Part shown: positions 24,639 through 37,490 of the stretch, in pieces
Layout of the letters: each line of letters begins with the position of its first letter
Position numbering within the stretch: the first letter of the stretch is position 1
Source of the DNA: an uncultured beta proteobacterium
GTDB taxonomy: Bacteria; Pseudomonadota; Gammaproteobacteria; Burkholderiales; Casimicrobiaceae
Reading direction: 5' to 3'
Assembly: GCA_963727145.1 (NCBI GenBank)
Contig: CAVSFA010000015.1
Coordinates: 82,731 to 146,730 of the forward strand
Length of the DNA: 64,000 bases
The notes under the pieces: model-generated
What the model was told of the DNA's origin: nothing
Database searches by the model: none
Seen by the model: only the letters and a program-made list of their open reading frames with translations
Position numbers and translations under genes: made by a program

Positions 24639-26096
24639 ATGATCCGCCGCCTGCTCGCCCGCCTTATTCCTGCCAGATCCGGGATCGGCCGCCTGCGCGC
24701 TCGCGTCTATGCCCCCTCCGATCACCCGCTACGTCGCAGTCAGCTCTCGCGCGGCGCGCTCGACGTGACGCGGCGACTGCAGGACGCCGGGTTCAAGGCC
24801 TTCGTCGTCGGCGGCGCCGTGCGCGACCTGCTGCTCGGCATCGAGCCCAAGGACTTCGACATCGCGACCGACGCGCCGCCGGAGCAGGTGAAGCCGCTGT
24901 TCCGCCGCGCGTTCATCATCGGCCGCCGCTTCCGTCTCGTGCACGTGCACTCGGGCGCGGAGATGATCGAGGTCTCGACCTTCCGCGCGGCGCAGACCGG
25001 CGACGACGCCACCGACGAGCACGGCCGGCTGCTGTCGGACAACGTCTACGGCTCGCACGCCGAGGACGCCGCGCGCCGCGACTTCACGATCAACGCGCTC
25101 TACTTCGATCCGGCGACCGAGGAAGTCTGGGATTACGTCGGTGGCGTGCCGGACATTCGCGCGCGGCGGCTGAAGCTGATCGGCCCGCCGGTCACGCGCT
25201 TCCGCGAGGACCCGGTGCGCATGCTGCGCGCCGTGCGTCTCGCCGCGAAGCTCGGCATCGCGATCGAGCCGAAGACCGCGGCGCCGATTCCGAAGCTCGC
25301 CGTCTCTGATCCAGAACGTGCCGCCCGGCGCGGCTGTTCGACGAGATGCAGAAGCTGCTGCTGTCGGGCCACGCGGTGGAGACGCTGAAGAGCCTGCGCG
25401 CGCACGGGCTCTCGCACGGCCTGCTGCCGCTGCTCGACGTCATCGTCGAGCAGCCGCTCGGCCAGCGGTTCATCGAGCCGCGCTCGCCAACACCGATCAG
25501 CGCGTCCGCGACGGCAAGCGCGGCGTCTCGCCGGCGTTCCTGTTCGCGACGCTGCTGTGGCACGAGGTGCTGGCGACGTGGAACGCGGCGAAGGCGCGCG
25601 GCGAAAAGCCGATCCCGGCGCTGTTCGATGCGATGGACGCGCGTGCTCGAACGCCAGGCGAAGCAAATCGCGATTCCGCGCCGCTTCGAGGCGACGATCA
25701 AGGAGATCTGGTCGCTGCAGCCGCGCTTCGAGCAGCGCGCGCGGGCAGCGTCCGTTCCGGCTGCTCGAGCACCCGCGCTTTCGCGCCGCCTACGATTTCC
25801 TCGACTGCGCTGCAAGAGCGGCGAGGTCGAAGGCGAGCTTGCAGGTCTCGCCGACTGGTGGAACCGGTTCGCGGATGCGGGCGACGACGAGCGCGAGGCG
25901 ATGCTGAAGCCCGACGAGGCGCCGAAGAAGAGGCGCCGCTCGCGCGGCCGCGGCCGCAAGCGCCGCGACGACGCCGCGCCGGAGGCGCCCGACGCCGAGC
26001 CACGCGCCAATGAGCGCGCGCCGCCGTTCCAGGCTGCGAACGGCTCGTCCGGAACAAGCAGCGGCGATCACCGCAAACGCGCGGATGCGCCGATGA
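24639..26096 (+). pseudogene. pcnB: poly(A) polymerase I (several frame breaks)
   Basis: The N-terminal 230 aa are intact (FVVGGAVRDLLLGIEPKDFDIATDA, RRDFTINALYFD). Later parts (MQKLLLSGHAVETLKSL, SPAFLFATLLWHEVL, QIAIPRRFEATIKEIWSLQPRFEQR) lie in other frames. Proposed stop TGA at 26094-26096 overlaps the folK ATG (ATGA). Confidence 0.8.
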
Positions 26097-26612
26097 GACC
26101 GCGCCCGCATTCGTCGGCCTGGGCAGCAACCTCGCCCATCCCGCGCCGGCAGCTCGCGCGCGCGGTACGCGCGCATTGCGCGCCTGCCGGGCGACGCGCA
26201 TCATCGCGGTGTCGCCGCAACTACGCGAGCGGCGCCGATCGGCTGCGACGCGAGCCGCAGCCCGACTACGTGAACGCCGTCGTCGGGCTGCGCACGCCGC
26301 GTGCTCGCCGCGCGCGCTGCTCGTCGCAGCCTGCCCGCGATCGAGCGGCGGCAGCGTCGCCGGCGCGACGCCGAGACGCCGCGCAACGCGCCGCGGACGC
26401 TCGACCTCGATTTGCTACTATACGGCCGCCGCCGCATCCGTCAGCCGGGTTGACGCGTGCCGCATCCGCGCATGCACGAGCGGGCGTTCGTGCTGCGGCC
26501 GCTGCTCGACATCGCGCCGGCGGTGACGATTCCCGGGTCGCGGCCTCGCGCGGCGCTTTCTCGGCAGCGTGCGCGGCCAGCGCATCGCCCGCACCCGCAC
26601 CCACGTTCTGTA
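26093..26612 (+). pseudogene. folK: 2-amino-4-hydroxy-6-hydroxymethyldihydropteridine pyrophosphokinase (several frame breaks)
   Basis: HPPK fragments AFVGLGSNLAHP, RRQLARAVRA, TRIIAVSP, QPDYVNAVVGLRT and PHPRMHERAFVLRPLLDIAPAVTIPG are spread over three frames. Stop TAG at 26610-26612. Confidence 0.7.
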
Positions 26613-26637
26613 GCTGCGCGCTCAGCAGACCAACCCG

Positions 26638-27288
26638 ATGGACCTGGAGAAGTGCCGCTACATCGTCGTCGAAGGGCCGATCGGTGCCGGCAAGACGAGC
26701 CTCGCGCGGCAGCTCGCCCATCATCTGGACGGCGAGGAGCTGCTCGAGCAGCCCGAGGACAACCCGTTCCTCGCGCGCTTCTACGAGGACATGGCGCGCT
26801 ACGCGCTGCCCGACGCAGCTCACGTTCCTGTTCCAGCGCGTCGACCAGCTGCGCGGCGTGGGCCAGCTCGACATGTTCCGCCGCACGACCGTCGCCGATT
26901 TCCTGCTCGACAAGGATCCGCTGTTCGCGCGACTCAACTTGACCGACGCCGAATACGTGCTCTACGAGAAGGTGTACGCGCACCTGAAGCCGAGACGCCA
27001 GTGCCGGACCTCGTCATCTACCTGCAGGCGCCCGTCGACACGCTGGTCGAGCGCGTGCACCGGCGCGGCGTCGACTACGAGCGCACGATCTCCGCACATT
27101 ACCTCGCGCGGCTCGCCGACGCGTACAGCCGCTATTTCTACCGCTACGACGAGGCGCCGCTCCTGATCGTCAACAGCGAGCGGCTCAATTTCGTCGACGA
27201 TCCCGACGCACTTCGACGCTGCTGCTCGCGCGCGATCGGCGCGATGCGCGGCCGGCGCGAGTTCTTCAATCTCGGCCAGACCGCCTGA
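26638..27288 (+). pseudogene. deoxynucleoside kinase family protein (two compensating frame breaks)
   Basis: P-loop VEGPIGAGKTSLARQL at the N-terminus. The central part TQLTFLFQRVDQLRGV...DKDPLFARLNLTDAEYVLYEKVY is in another frame, and reading returns to the first frame at PDLVIYLQAPVDTLVERV. Confidence 0.75.
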
Positions 27289-27292
27289 CGCC

Positions 27293-28137
27293 ATGGACAC
27301 ACCTTATACGACCCCTGTGCCGTCCGCGAGCCGGCCCCGGCGCGCGTCACCGTCCCCGCGCTCGCGGCGATGGCCCGCGACGGCGAGAAGATCGCGATGC
27401 TGACCGCCTACGACGCGAGCTTCGCCGCGCTCTGCGAACGCGCCGGCGTCGACGTGCTGCTGGTCGGCGATTCGCTCGGCATGGTGATCCAGGGTCACGA
27501 CTCGACGCTGCCGGTGTCGCTCGCCGACGTGCTCTACCACACGCGCTGCGTCGCCGCCGGCACGCGCGCGTGCGCTGGTCATCGCCGACCTGCCGTTCGG
27601 CAGCTACCAGGCGGGTCCCGAGGCGGCGTACGCCGCGTCGGCCGCCGCGCTCAAGGCCGGCGCGCAGATGGTCAAGCTCGAAGGCGGCGCCTGGCTCGCA
27701 CCGACGGTCGCATTCCTCGCCACGCGCGGCGTCCCGGTCTGCGGGCACGTCGGGCCTGCTGCCGCAGTCGGTCAATGCGCTCGGCGGGTATCGCGTCCAG
27801 GGAAAGACGCCGGATGCCGCGCGGGTCGCTGCTCGCCGACGCCGCGGGCGCTGGCCGCGGCGGGCGCCGCGATGCTCGTCGTCGAGTGCGTGCCGCGCGC
27901 GCTGGGCGAGGCGCTGACGCGCGCGGTCGCCGTCCCGGTCATCGGCATCGGCGCCGGGCCCGCATGCTCGGGCCAGGTGCTGGTAATGTACGACGCGCTC
28001 GGCATCCAGCCCGGCCGCGCCGCGCGCTTCGTCCGCAATTTCATGACGGGCAGCGACAGCATCGAGCGCTGCCTTGTCCGCGTACGTCGCGGCGGTCAAG
28101 GACGGATCGTTTCCCGGGCCGGAGCATTGCTTCTGAC
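27293..28137 (+). pseudogene. panB: 3-methyl-2-oxobutanoate hydroxymethyltransferase (several frame breaks)
   Basis: Fragments [88 protein letters not shown] and [22 protein letters not shown] lie in different frames. Start and stop are proposed, not certain. Confidence 0.8.
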
Positions 28138-28203
28138 TGTCGCGCGCGCGTCGACCGGCGCCGCTCCGCGGCGACAGCGCCGCTTCCGACGACGGGGATT
28201 CCG

Positions 28204-29167
<964 letters not shown>

Positions 29168-29240
29168 TAAGAGCGGCGCAGATCGACGCCGCCGCTCCCG
29201 GTTCCTCCGCCCGCTAGCGTCGACATTCGGGCGTTCGTCC

Positions 29241-30232
29241 ATGGCCATCGCCAAATCATTGTCCAAATTGATCCTCCGCTCGATCGCATTCGTCCTCGCG
29301 CTCGCTTTCGCGGCCGAGCGCTCGCGCAGGCGCCCGCCTACCCGGCAAGACCGATCCGCCTGATCGTGCCGTTCCCGCCGGGTGCCGGCACCGACACCGT
29401 CGCGCGCTTCGTCGCGCAGAGGCTGGCCGAGGCGATGAATGCCACGATCATCGTCGACAACCGGACCGGCGCCGGCGGCGCGATCGGCGCCGCGGAGGCG
29501 GCGAGGGCCGAGCCCGACGGCTACACGCTGCTGTTCGTCGCCGGCCCGTTCACGACCGTCGCGGCGGCGGCGAAGAACGCCGGTTACGACCCGGTGCAGC
29601 CAGTTCGTGCCGGTCGCACCGATCGCGACGGGTCCGCTGGCGTTCGTCGTCGAACTCGGCAGTGCCGGCGAACTCGATGCGCGAGTTCATCGCGCTCGCG
29701 AAGCGCGAGCCGGGACGCTCAACTACGGCTCGGCGGGCCCGGGCAGCATCAATCACCTCGCGCTCGAGCTCCTGAACGCGCGCGCCGGCACCGTCATCGT
29801 TCACGTTCCGTACAAGGGCATCGCGCCGGCGACGCTCGACCTGCTGTCCGGCCAGATCCAGGCGATGACGGCATCGATTCGGCGACGCTGCCCTACATCG
29901 CCGACAAGAAAGTGAAGGTGCTCGCGGTGACCGGCAACCGACGCGCACCGCTGCTGCCCGACGTGCCGAGCTGGCAGGAAGAGGGCGTCGCGAATGCCGA
30001 CGTGGTCAACTACTGGGGCATCGTCGCGCCAGCCGGCACACCGCCCGAGATCGTCGCGACGCTCAATGCCGCGGTGAATCGCGTCCTCGCGCAGCCGGAC
30101 GTCAGGGAGCGGCTGGACAGGGAAGGCGCCGAAATCGTCGCCGGGCCGCCCGAGCGCCTGGCTGCGATCATCGCGACCGACCTTGCCAGATGGAAGAAGC
30201 TGATCGCCGAAGCGAAGCTCAGCCTCGAATAG
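29241..30232 (+). pseudogene. Bug-family (tripartite tricarboxylate transporter) periplasmic substrate-binding protein (frame breaks)
   Basis: Signal peptide MAIAKSLSKLILRSIAFVLALAFA, then IRLIVPFPPGAGTDTVAR, NYGSAGPGSINHLALELL, VPYKGIAPATLDLLSGQIQ and YWGIVAPAGTP across three frames. Confidence 0.75.
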
Positions 30233-31117
30233 GACGGGCGGAGGCGGCCCGCGGCGACCGCAGCACCAGCACGTTGCCGAAGACGGCGAGCACGACGCCG
30301 ATCACGCCGAACACGTTCCAGCGGTAGCCTTCGAGCAGCGTCGAGAGGAACATCGCGATGACCGGCGTCGCGACGCCGACGTACGACGCGGGCCCCGCGC
30401 CCACCCGCTTCAACAGCGTGAGATAGGCGAGGAACGCGGCGATGCTGCCGAACACCGCAAGATACGCGAGCGAGATGACGTAGTCCGCGCGCGCGTCGAA
30501 GGACCAGGTGACTCCGCCGGCCGCCGCCACGACCGCAGCGATGAGAGCGCCATAGCCCATGCCCCACGCGGTCGTCTCGACGATCGGCAGGTGCATCCGT
30601 TGCATCCGCATCGACACCAGGTTGCCGCCCGTCGCGAGCGCCGTGCCGCCGAGCCCGTAGGCGACGCCACGCCCGGCATCGCCGCCGGCGCCTGCCGCCG
30701 CGAGCTCGGGCAGGAACAGGAGCGCGACGCCGCTGACGCCGAGCAAGGCGCCCGCAAGCGCGCGGACCGTTATCGGCGTGCCAAACGCGTACCGCGTCCC
30801 GAACAGGCTCATGAACGCCATCGTCGAGAACAGCACGGCGACGAGGCCCGAGGCGACATATTGCTCGGCACGGTAGATGGCGACGTAGTTGAGACCGAAG
30901 AACAGCGCGCCCTGCGCGGCGAACAGCGCGTGCCGCCGCAGCGGAAAGCGCAGAGATCGCCCGGTCGCGAGGCAGCCGCCGGCGATCAGCGTCGCGGCGA
31001 GCGCGAAGCGGTAGGCGACCGACGCTTCCGGCGCGACGCGCCCAGCTGGAACGTGATCGCGAGCCAGGTCGAGCCCCAGATGACCGTGCATAGAAGGAAC
31101 AACGGAACAGGGCCCAT
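30219..31117 (-). pseudogene. EamA/DMT family transporter (one frame break near 31040)
   Basis: The N-terminus MGPVPLFLLCTVIWGSTWLAITFQLG (ATG at 31117) is in a different frame from the 290-aa hydrophobic ORF 30219..31091. Confidence 0.7.
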
Positions 31118-31154
31118 CGCCAGGGGATTCCGGGTTCGCCGCGCCGGTTTTCGC

Positions 31155-32324
31155 TCACGCCGCCCGCAGCGCGTCGACGATCTTCAATCGCGCGGCCGCG
31201 CGCCGCAGGCAGGAAGCCGCCGACGAAGCCCATCACCAGCGCGAAGGCAAGCGACGCCGCGACGATGCCCGGCGTCAGCGTGAAACAGAAGGCGAGCTCG
31301 GCGAAGGTCTGGAAGTTCATCGTCGAGATCGAGAACGCCTGCATCGCGACGCCGCGGCGAGCCCGACGACGCCGCCGATCAGGCCCAGCAGCAGCGCCTC
31401 GACCAGGAACGCGGCGAGGATCGCGCGACCGCGAGAAGCCCAGCGCGCGCAGCGTGCCGATCTCGGCCGTGCGCGACGCGACGCTCGCGTACATCGTGAT
31501 CATCGCGCCGATGATCGCGCCGATCGAGAAGATCACCGAGATCGTCGTGCCGAGGTAGCTGATGAACTTGGACAGCGCTTCCGACTGGTCGGCGTAGAAC
31601 CGCGTCTCGCGCTTGGCCTCGAGCGTGAGCCGCGGATCGGATTCGATCTGCTCCTTCACCGCATCGAAGCGATCGGTGTCGGCGAGCCTGAAGATCAGCG
31701 CCGAGAAGCCGAGGCGCCGGAACGCCTGCAGCATCTGCTCGGCATCGCCCCAGATCTCGGAATCGAAGCCGGTGCGGCCGGCGTCGAACACGCCGACGAC
31801 CGTCCAGTCGCGTGAGGCGAAGCGCAGCGTCTCGCCGACGCCCGCGCCGCGGAACCCGTTGGCGATCGATCGCCCCGCGATGATCTCGGACGTGCCCGGC
31901 CGGAACATCCGGCCCTCGACGAGCTTCACCTGCGGGCGCAGCACGAGCCCCGCCGGCGTCACGCCGCGGATCACGACGTTCGACGGCTTGCCCGGAGTCG
32001 CGCTTCGGCAGGTTGATGAGCACGACGGGCTCCTTCGAGATCAGCCGCTCGCCGTCCTGGCCGATCGCGATGTCGGGCAGGCTTTCGACGATCGCCGCCT
32101 GCCGGCGGTCGACGCCGCTCTGCACCTCGGTCTGCGAGCCGCGCCGGATCACGACCACGTTGTCGTCCTGGCCCGGTCGCGACCAGCGTCTGCTCGAGCC
32201 CGGCGGCCAGCATCAGCACCGTCGCGAACACGTACACGACGAGCGCCATGCCGCCGGCGGTCAGCGCGTCGTGAGCTTGCGCGCCGCGAGGTTGCGCGAC
32301 GATGTAGCTGAAAGGAAGCGTCAT
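31155..32324 (-). pseudogene. ABC transporter permease, FtsX/MacB type, copy 2 (frame breaks)
   Basis: MTLPFSYIV... N-terminal TM, then a periplasmic domain (ORFs 31379..32158 and 30010..31974), then an FtsX C-terminus ending LKIVDALRAA*. Its ATG overlaps the stop of the upstream permease (ATGA). Confidence 0.75.
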
Positions 32325-33494
32325 GTCCGCATCACGCTGACGGCGCGCAGGCCGTCGACGATGCGCACGCGCGCGGCTCGCCACGCGGGCACCAGCGGCG
32401 GCGACGACGCCGACCAGCAGCGCTGCGGCCGAGCTGCATCAGCACCGTTTCGTCGCTCACGAAGAAGATCGGAAACAGCGTGCCCATCTGCGTCGGCGAA
32501 AGCGCGCGCGAGCGGAAACGTCAGCGCGATGCCGAGCGAGCCGCCCACCAGCGCGATGCCGATCGACTCGGCGAAGATCAGCAGCGCGACGAAGCCGCCG
32601 AGAAACCGAGCGCCTTCATCGTCGCGTACTCGGAGCTCGCGCTCGCGCGCCGTCATCGCCATCGTGTTCGCCATCACCGCCATGATGATGACGATCACGA
32701 CGAACGACACCGCCTGGATCGCGAGCAGGATCGCCTCGGTCATCGCGACGAACGCCAGCTGGAACGCCTTCTCGGTCTCGGTCAGCGTCTCGGCGAGCGA
32801 GTTCTTGAACGTCGCGTCGATCGCCGCCGACACCTCGGCGGCCTGACCCGGATCGCGCAGCCGGACGAGCATGATCCCGGCCTGGTCGCCGCGGCGGGGA
32901 TAGAGCTTCTTGACCGTCTCGTTCAGGAGATCCCAGTGGAAATACAGCGTCGATGTGTCGGTGCCCTTGTCCGCGCCGTCGTAGATGCCGCGCAGGTTGA
33001 ACGTCCAGGTGCCGGGATAGATCGTCCCGCGCAGCGGGATCTGGTCGCCCACTTTCCAGCCGTAGTGGTCGGCGAGCTTGCGGCCGGCGATCGCGCCCTT
33101 GCGGTCGAGCAGGAACGCCTTGCGCTCCGCGTCGGACAGAATGAGCTCCGGGTACATGTCGAGGTACGCTCGGCGCGTCGATCGCGAATTGCGGGAAGAA
33201 ATTGCGCTCGGTCTGATAGACGCCGCCGAACCAGTTGGCCCACGACACCGATAGCACGCCCGGAACCTGCCGGATCTTCTGCGCATAGGTGAGCGGCAGC
33301 GGGAACACGAGCGAAACCGAGCTCCGCGTCACGAGCCGCGCGCTCGAGCTTGCGTTGGCGCCCGCGTACCACGCGTCGACGATCGTGCGCAGCAGGCCGA
33401 ACGCCGTGATCGCGACGACGATGCCGACGACGGTCAGCGCCGTTCGCAGCTTGTGGCGGAACGCATTGCGCACGACGAGGAGGACGACGAACAC
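32321..33494 (-). pseudogene. ABC transporter permease, FtsX/MacB type, copy 1 (frame breaks)
   Basis: MFVVLLVVRNAFRHKLRTALTVVGIVVAITAF N-terminus. The periplasmic domain and FtsX-like C-terminus are split between ORFs 32616..33494 and 32321..33286. Confidence 0.75.
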
Positions 33495-33528
33495 GGAGCG
33501 GGCCTTAAGGGTTTGCGCCGGACCGCCA

Positions 33529-34314
33529 CTACTCGGTGAGAACGCCTTTTTCGAGATGGATCAGCCGGTGCGCCTTTTCCGCCGCCTTCGGGTCGTGCGT
33601 CACCATGATGATCGTCTTGCCGATCTCGACGTTGAGTCGGTCGAGGAGGCCCAGGATCTCCTCGGCGGTCGTCCGGTCGAGGTCGCCGGTCGGTTCGTCG
33701 GCGACGATGATCGTCGGATCGGTGATGAGCGCGCGCGCGATCGCGACGCGCTGCTGCTGGCCGCCCGACAGCTCGTTCGGATAGTGGTCGCTGCGGTCGG
33801 TGAGGCCGACCAGCGCCAGCGCCGTCTCGACCCGCTCGCGGCGCTCGCGGCGCGACAGGCTCGTCAGCAGCAGCGGCAGTTCGACGTTCTCGAATGCGGT
33901 CAGCACCGGCATCAGGTTGTAGAACTGGAAGATGAAGCCGACGTGCGCCGCGCGCCACGCGGCGAGATCGGTCTCGGACAGGCGCGCGATGTCGACGCCG
34001 GCGATCCTGATCTCCCCGCCGCTCGGCTTGTCGATGCCGGCAATGAGGTTGAGCAGCGTCGACTTGCCCGAGCCCGACGGGCCCATCAGCGCGAAGTAGT
34101 CGCCGGCGTAGACGTCGAGGTTGATGTCGACCAGCACGGGGATCACCTGGTCGCCGCGCACGTAGTACTTGGTCAGGCTGCGGATCGCGACCAGCGGCTC
34201 CGTCGCGGCGGCAGGGGCTTCCGCACTTCGCTTGCCGGAGGGAACGGCGCGCGCGGCCGCACCGCCGTCCGCGGGGACGGGTGAAGGGAACGCGGGCAAC
34301 GGGATATCGGTCAT
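33529..34314 (-). CDS. ABC transporter ATP-binding protein (MacB/LolD-like)
   Basis: 261-aa intact ORF with Walker [10 protein letters not shown], signature [15 protein letters not shown] and Walker [13 protein letters not shown]. Confidence 0.9.
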   Translation of the reverse strand: MTDIPLPAFPSPVPADGGAAARAVPSGKRSAEAPAAATEPLVAIRSLTKYYVRGDQVIPVLVDINLDVYAGDYFALMGPSGSGKSTLLNLIAGIDKPSGGEIRIAGVDIARLSETDLAAWRAAHVGFIFQFYNLMPVLTAFENVELPLLLTSLSRRERRERVETALALVGLTDRSDHYPNELSGGQQQRVAIARALITDPTIIVADEPTGDLDRTTAEEILGLLDRLNVEIGKTIIMVTHDPKAAEKAHRLIHLEKGVLTE

Positions 34315-34337
34315 CGCGGCGACGGCAGGGCGATCGT

Positions 34338-35554
34338 CATTTCGTCGCGATCTTGACCAGTGCGTCCGTCTTGAGCTCGGGCGCCGGTTTCAGCACGGCC
34401 TTCTCGCCGGATTTCACCGCACCGGCGATCGCCGATCAGGTCACCGATCTTCGCGCCCGGCGTCACGGGCACCTCGATCGCCTTGCCATCGCGCGACGAC
34501 GAACACCGCGCTCCTCCCGTCACGTAGGGCAAGGGCCTCCGGATTGACGGCGAGCAGCGGTCTCTGCTGCTCGGGCGTCACGTCCTGCGACAGGAACGAC
34601 ACCTTCGCGCTCATCTCCGGCAGGACGCGCGGATCGATCACGTCGAAGCTGACCTTCGTCATCACCGTCGCCTTGGCCCGGTCGACGGTCGGCACCATCC
34701 GGCTGATGCGGCCGCGAAAGCGCACGTCGGGCAGCGCGTCGAGCGTGATCTCGCACGGCTGGCCGACGCTGACCTTCGCGAGGCTCGACTCGGAGACGTC
34801 GGCCTCGACTTCGAGCGTGCTCATGTCGGCCATCGCCACGACGGCGCCCTTCGAGTCCGCCGCGGACGAAAACGGCGTCACCATGTCGCCGACATTCGCG
34901 CTCTTCGACAGGATCACGCCGTCGAAGGGCGCGCGGATCAGCGTGTAGTCGACGCTGACCTGCGCGTTGCGCGCATCGGCCTCGGCGACGCCGATCGCCG
35001 CCCTGGCGTTGGCGACGCCGGCAGCTGCGCGGTCCGCGCGCATCGTTGCCGAATCGAGTGCCGCCTGCGACACGAAGCCCTTCGCGAGAAGATCCCGGTT
35101 GCGCTTGAGCGATGCGGCCGCGTCGACGTCTTCGGCCTGCGCCTGCTCGAGCGCCGCGCGCGCCGCCCGGACGTTCGCCTGCGGCACTCTGCGCCTGGGC
35201 GACGACGTCGCGGTTGTCGAGTCGGGCGATCACTTCTCCGGACTTGACGCGCGAGCCCTCGGCGACCCCGAGCCATTCGAGTCGGCCTGTCGCCTTCGAC
35301 GCAATCGCCGCCTTGCGCTGCGCGACCACGTAACCGGTCGCGTTCAGCACGACGTATTGCTGCGACGGATAGGTCGTCACGACCGGTGTGGTCTGCACGG
35401 TGACCGCGCGCGGCTGCACGCCGTACCAGAGGGCACCCGCGAGCGCGGCGATTCCGACCCCGCCGAGCCACAGCCATCTGCGCCGGCGCCGGGACGGAAT
35501 GGGCGCGAGATTCCGATCGATCGTGAGCTTGGCCAGGTCGGACTGAGTATTCAT
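34338..35554 (-). pseudogene. HlyD-family efflux periplasmic adaptor (frame breaks)
   Basis: The N-terminal TM and barrel (ORF 34520..35554), the coiled-coil and beta-barrel part (ORF 34441..35187) and the C-terminal DGKAIEVPVTPGAKIGDL are in different frames. Confidence 0.75.
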
Positions 35555-35686
35555 CGTGCGTCGGTGCAGGAAGCGGCAAGTTTACCGCGCCCGCGCCCTT
35601 GCTCGCGGACGTGCGGTCGATGCGCCGATATGGGTCTCTCTTGATCCCGATCAATCCCGGAGCTTGCATCGCCATCGCGCATGGGC

Positions 35687-35709
35687 GATAATGCGAATGA
35701 TTCTTATTA
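35687..35709 (+). promoter_or_regulatory. putative Fur box upstream of bfd
   Basis: GATAATGCGAATGATTCTTATTA lies 13 nt upstream of the bfd ATG and resembles the Fur consensus GATAATGATAATCATTATC. Confidence 0.55.
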
Positions 35710-35721
35710 CTGCGCGCCGCC

Positions 35722-35910
35722 ATGTACGTCTGCCTCTGCAACGCCATCACCGATCACGAGATCCGCGACGCCGTCGCGCTCGGGGCGCGCACGCTTGGCG
35801 ACTTGACGACCTCGCTCGGGGTTGCGAGTTGCTGCGGCCGGTGCGCCGATTGCGCCCGGCGCCTGGTCGGCGAAGCGTCGCGCGAGCTGGCCGCGGCCGG
35901 CGACGACTGA
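35722..35910 (+). CDS. bfd: bacterioferritin-associated ferredoxin
   Basis: 62 aa, [18 protein letters not shown]...CCGRC, with the typical Bfd [2Fe-2S] cysteine pattern. Directly upstream of bfr. Confidence 0.9.
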   Translation: MYVCLCNAITDHEIRDAVALGARTLGDLTTSLGVASCCGRCADCARRLVGEASRELAAAGDD

Positions 35911-35986
35911 TCCCGAACGACTCGCGCGCCAAGGCCGGCTTTGGGCCGGCGACATCCTCGATCCCAGTGGAAAGGCAGGCACGATC

Positions 35987-36482
35987 ATGAAAGGCGAGCG
36001 CGAGGTCATCGCCCACCTGAACCAGGTTCTGCGCAACGAGCTGACCGCGATCAACCAGTACTTCCTGCATTCGCGGATGTTCAACAATTGGGGCTATCAG
36101 CGGCTGGGCGAGCACGAGTACGGCGAGTCGATCGACGAGATGAAGCACGCCGACCGACTGATCGAGCGCATCCTGTTCCTCGAAGGGCTGCCCAAGATGC
36201 AGGAACCGACAAGCTGATGATCGGCGAGAACGTGCGCGAAGCGCTGGAGTGCGATCTCAAGCTCGAGCGGCACGCGCATCCGATGCTGAAGGCCGCCATC
36301 GCTCACTGCGAGACGGTGGGCGACTACGTGTGCGCGCGAACTGTTCGAGGAGATCATCGAATCCGAGGAGGGGCACATCGACTATCCTCGAAACACAGCT
36401 CGCCGTGATCGACAAGGTCGGCATGCAGAACTACCTGCAGTCGCAGATGAAGGTCGTCGTCGTAGGCGGTGCGCGGCTCTAG
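35987..36482 (+). pseudogene. bfr: bacterioferritin (about three frame breaks)
   Basis: [69 protein letters not shown], then [19 protein letters not shown], then [28 protein letters not shown], in different frames. Confidence 0.85.
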
Positions 36483-37436
36483 CCGCCATCGAGCGGCGTG
36501 GCCTCGGCAGGCAGCGCCTCCCCGCGGCCGCTCGCCCGCCACGCCTGTAGGGAAATGAGCGTCAGACCGGCGCCGATGCAGCGCGATGCCGCTCCATTCG
36601 TTCGCCGCCAGCCGCTCGTCGAAAATGGCCATCGAGGACAGCAGCGCGATCACCGGAATCGCGAACATGTTGAGCGACGCCGTCCCCGCCGGCAGGAACC
36701 GCAGCACGGCGATCCACAGCAGGAATCCCGGCGCCGTCGACACCGCGCCCGTCCAGAAGAGCAGCACTGCATAGGTCGACGCTCCACTGCGTCGCCCGGC
36801 AGGCTCATCACGATCGGCAGCGCGGTGAGCGGCAGGACGCCGATCAGCATCTGCCACGCGATGAAGTTGAGCGGGTCGAGCTCGTGTCGCCGCTGGAAAT
36901 ACTTGGTCGCGATCGTGCCCGCGGCCCAGCCGAAACCCGACAGCACCGCCCACAGCTTGGCCGACAGATCGCCGGGCCAGTTCCACGGCTCGACGACCAG
37001 CGCGAGACCTGCGAGCGCGAACGCAATCGCCATCCATTGACCGCCGCTGACGCGCTCGTGCAGCACCGGCCACGCGATGAGCAGCGTCCAGAACGGCATC
37101 GTGAAGACCAGCACCGACGTGCGTCCGGCGCCGCCGCCGGCCAGCGCCATCGTCGTCGAGCCGAAGTTGATCGTCGTCTGGAAGAAGCCGGTGACGACGA
37201 TCGCGATCCACGATTCCGGGAGGATGGCGCCGAGCCACCCCGGCTGCGAGCCGCTCGCGGAGCGGCGGCGAGCAGCGCCGGCGGTGCCCCGACGAGCGAT
37301 CGCTGCCGCCATGGAGCACCGCGAACAGCACGGCGATCGCGAGCCACGTGCGCTGGACGTTGAGGACGACGGGGTCGGCGCGCTCGAGCGCGAGCTTCAT
37401 CACGATCCAGTTGCTGCCCCAGATCGGCGTGAGCAC
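36480..37436 (-). pseudogene. EamA/DMT family transporter (frame breaks)
   Basis: Hydrophobic fragments LTPIWGSNWIVMKLAL, FFQTTINFGSTTMALAGGGAGRTSVLVFTMPFW and LLWIAVLRFLPAGTASLNMFAIPVIALL lie in ORFs 36354..37436 and 36650..37312. Confidence 0.65.
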
Positions 37437-37490
37437 GGCGAGCGCGATGTAGGCGCCGCGCCGCGGACTGCACCGCGAAGCGCCGGGAAA

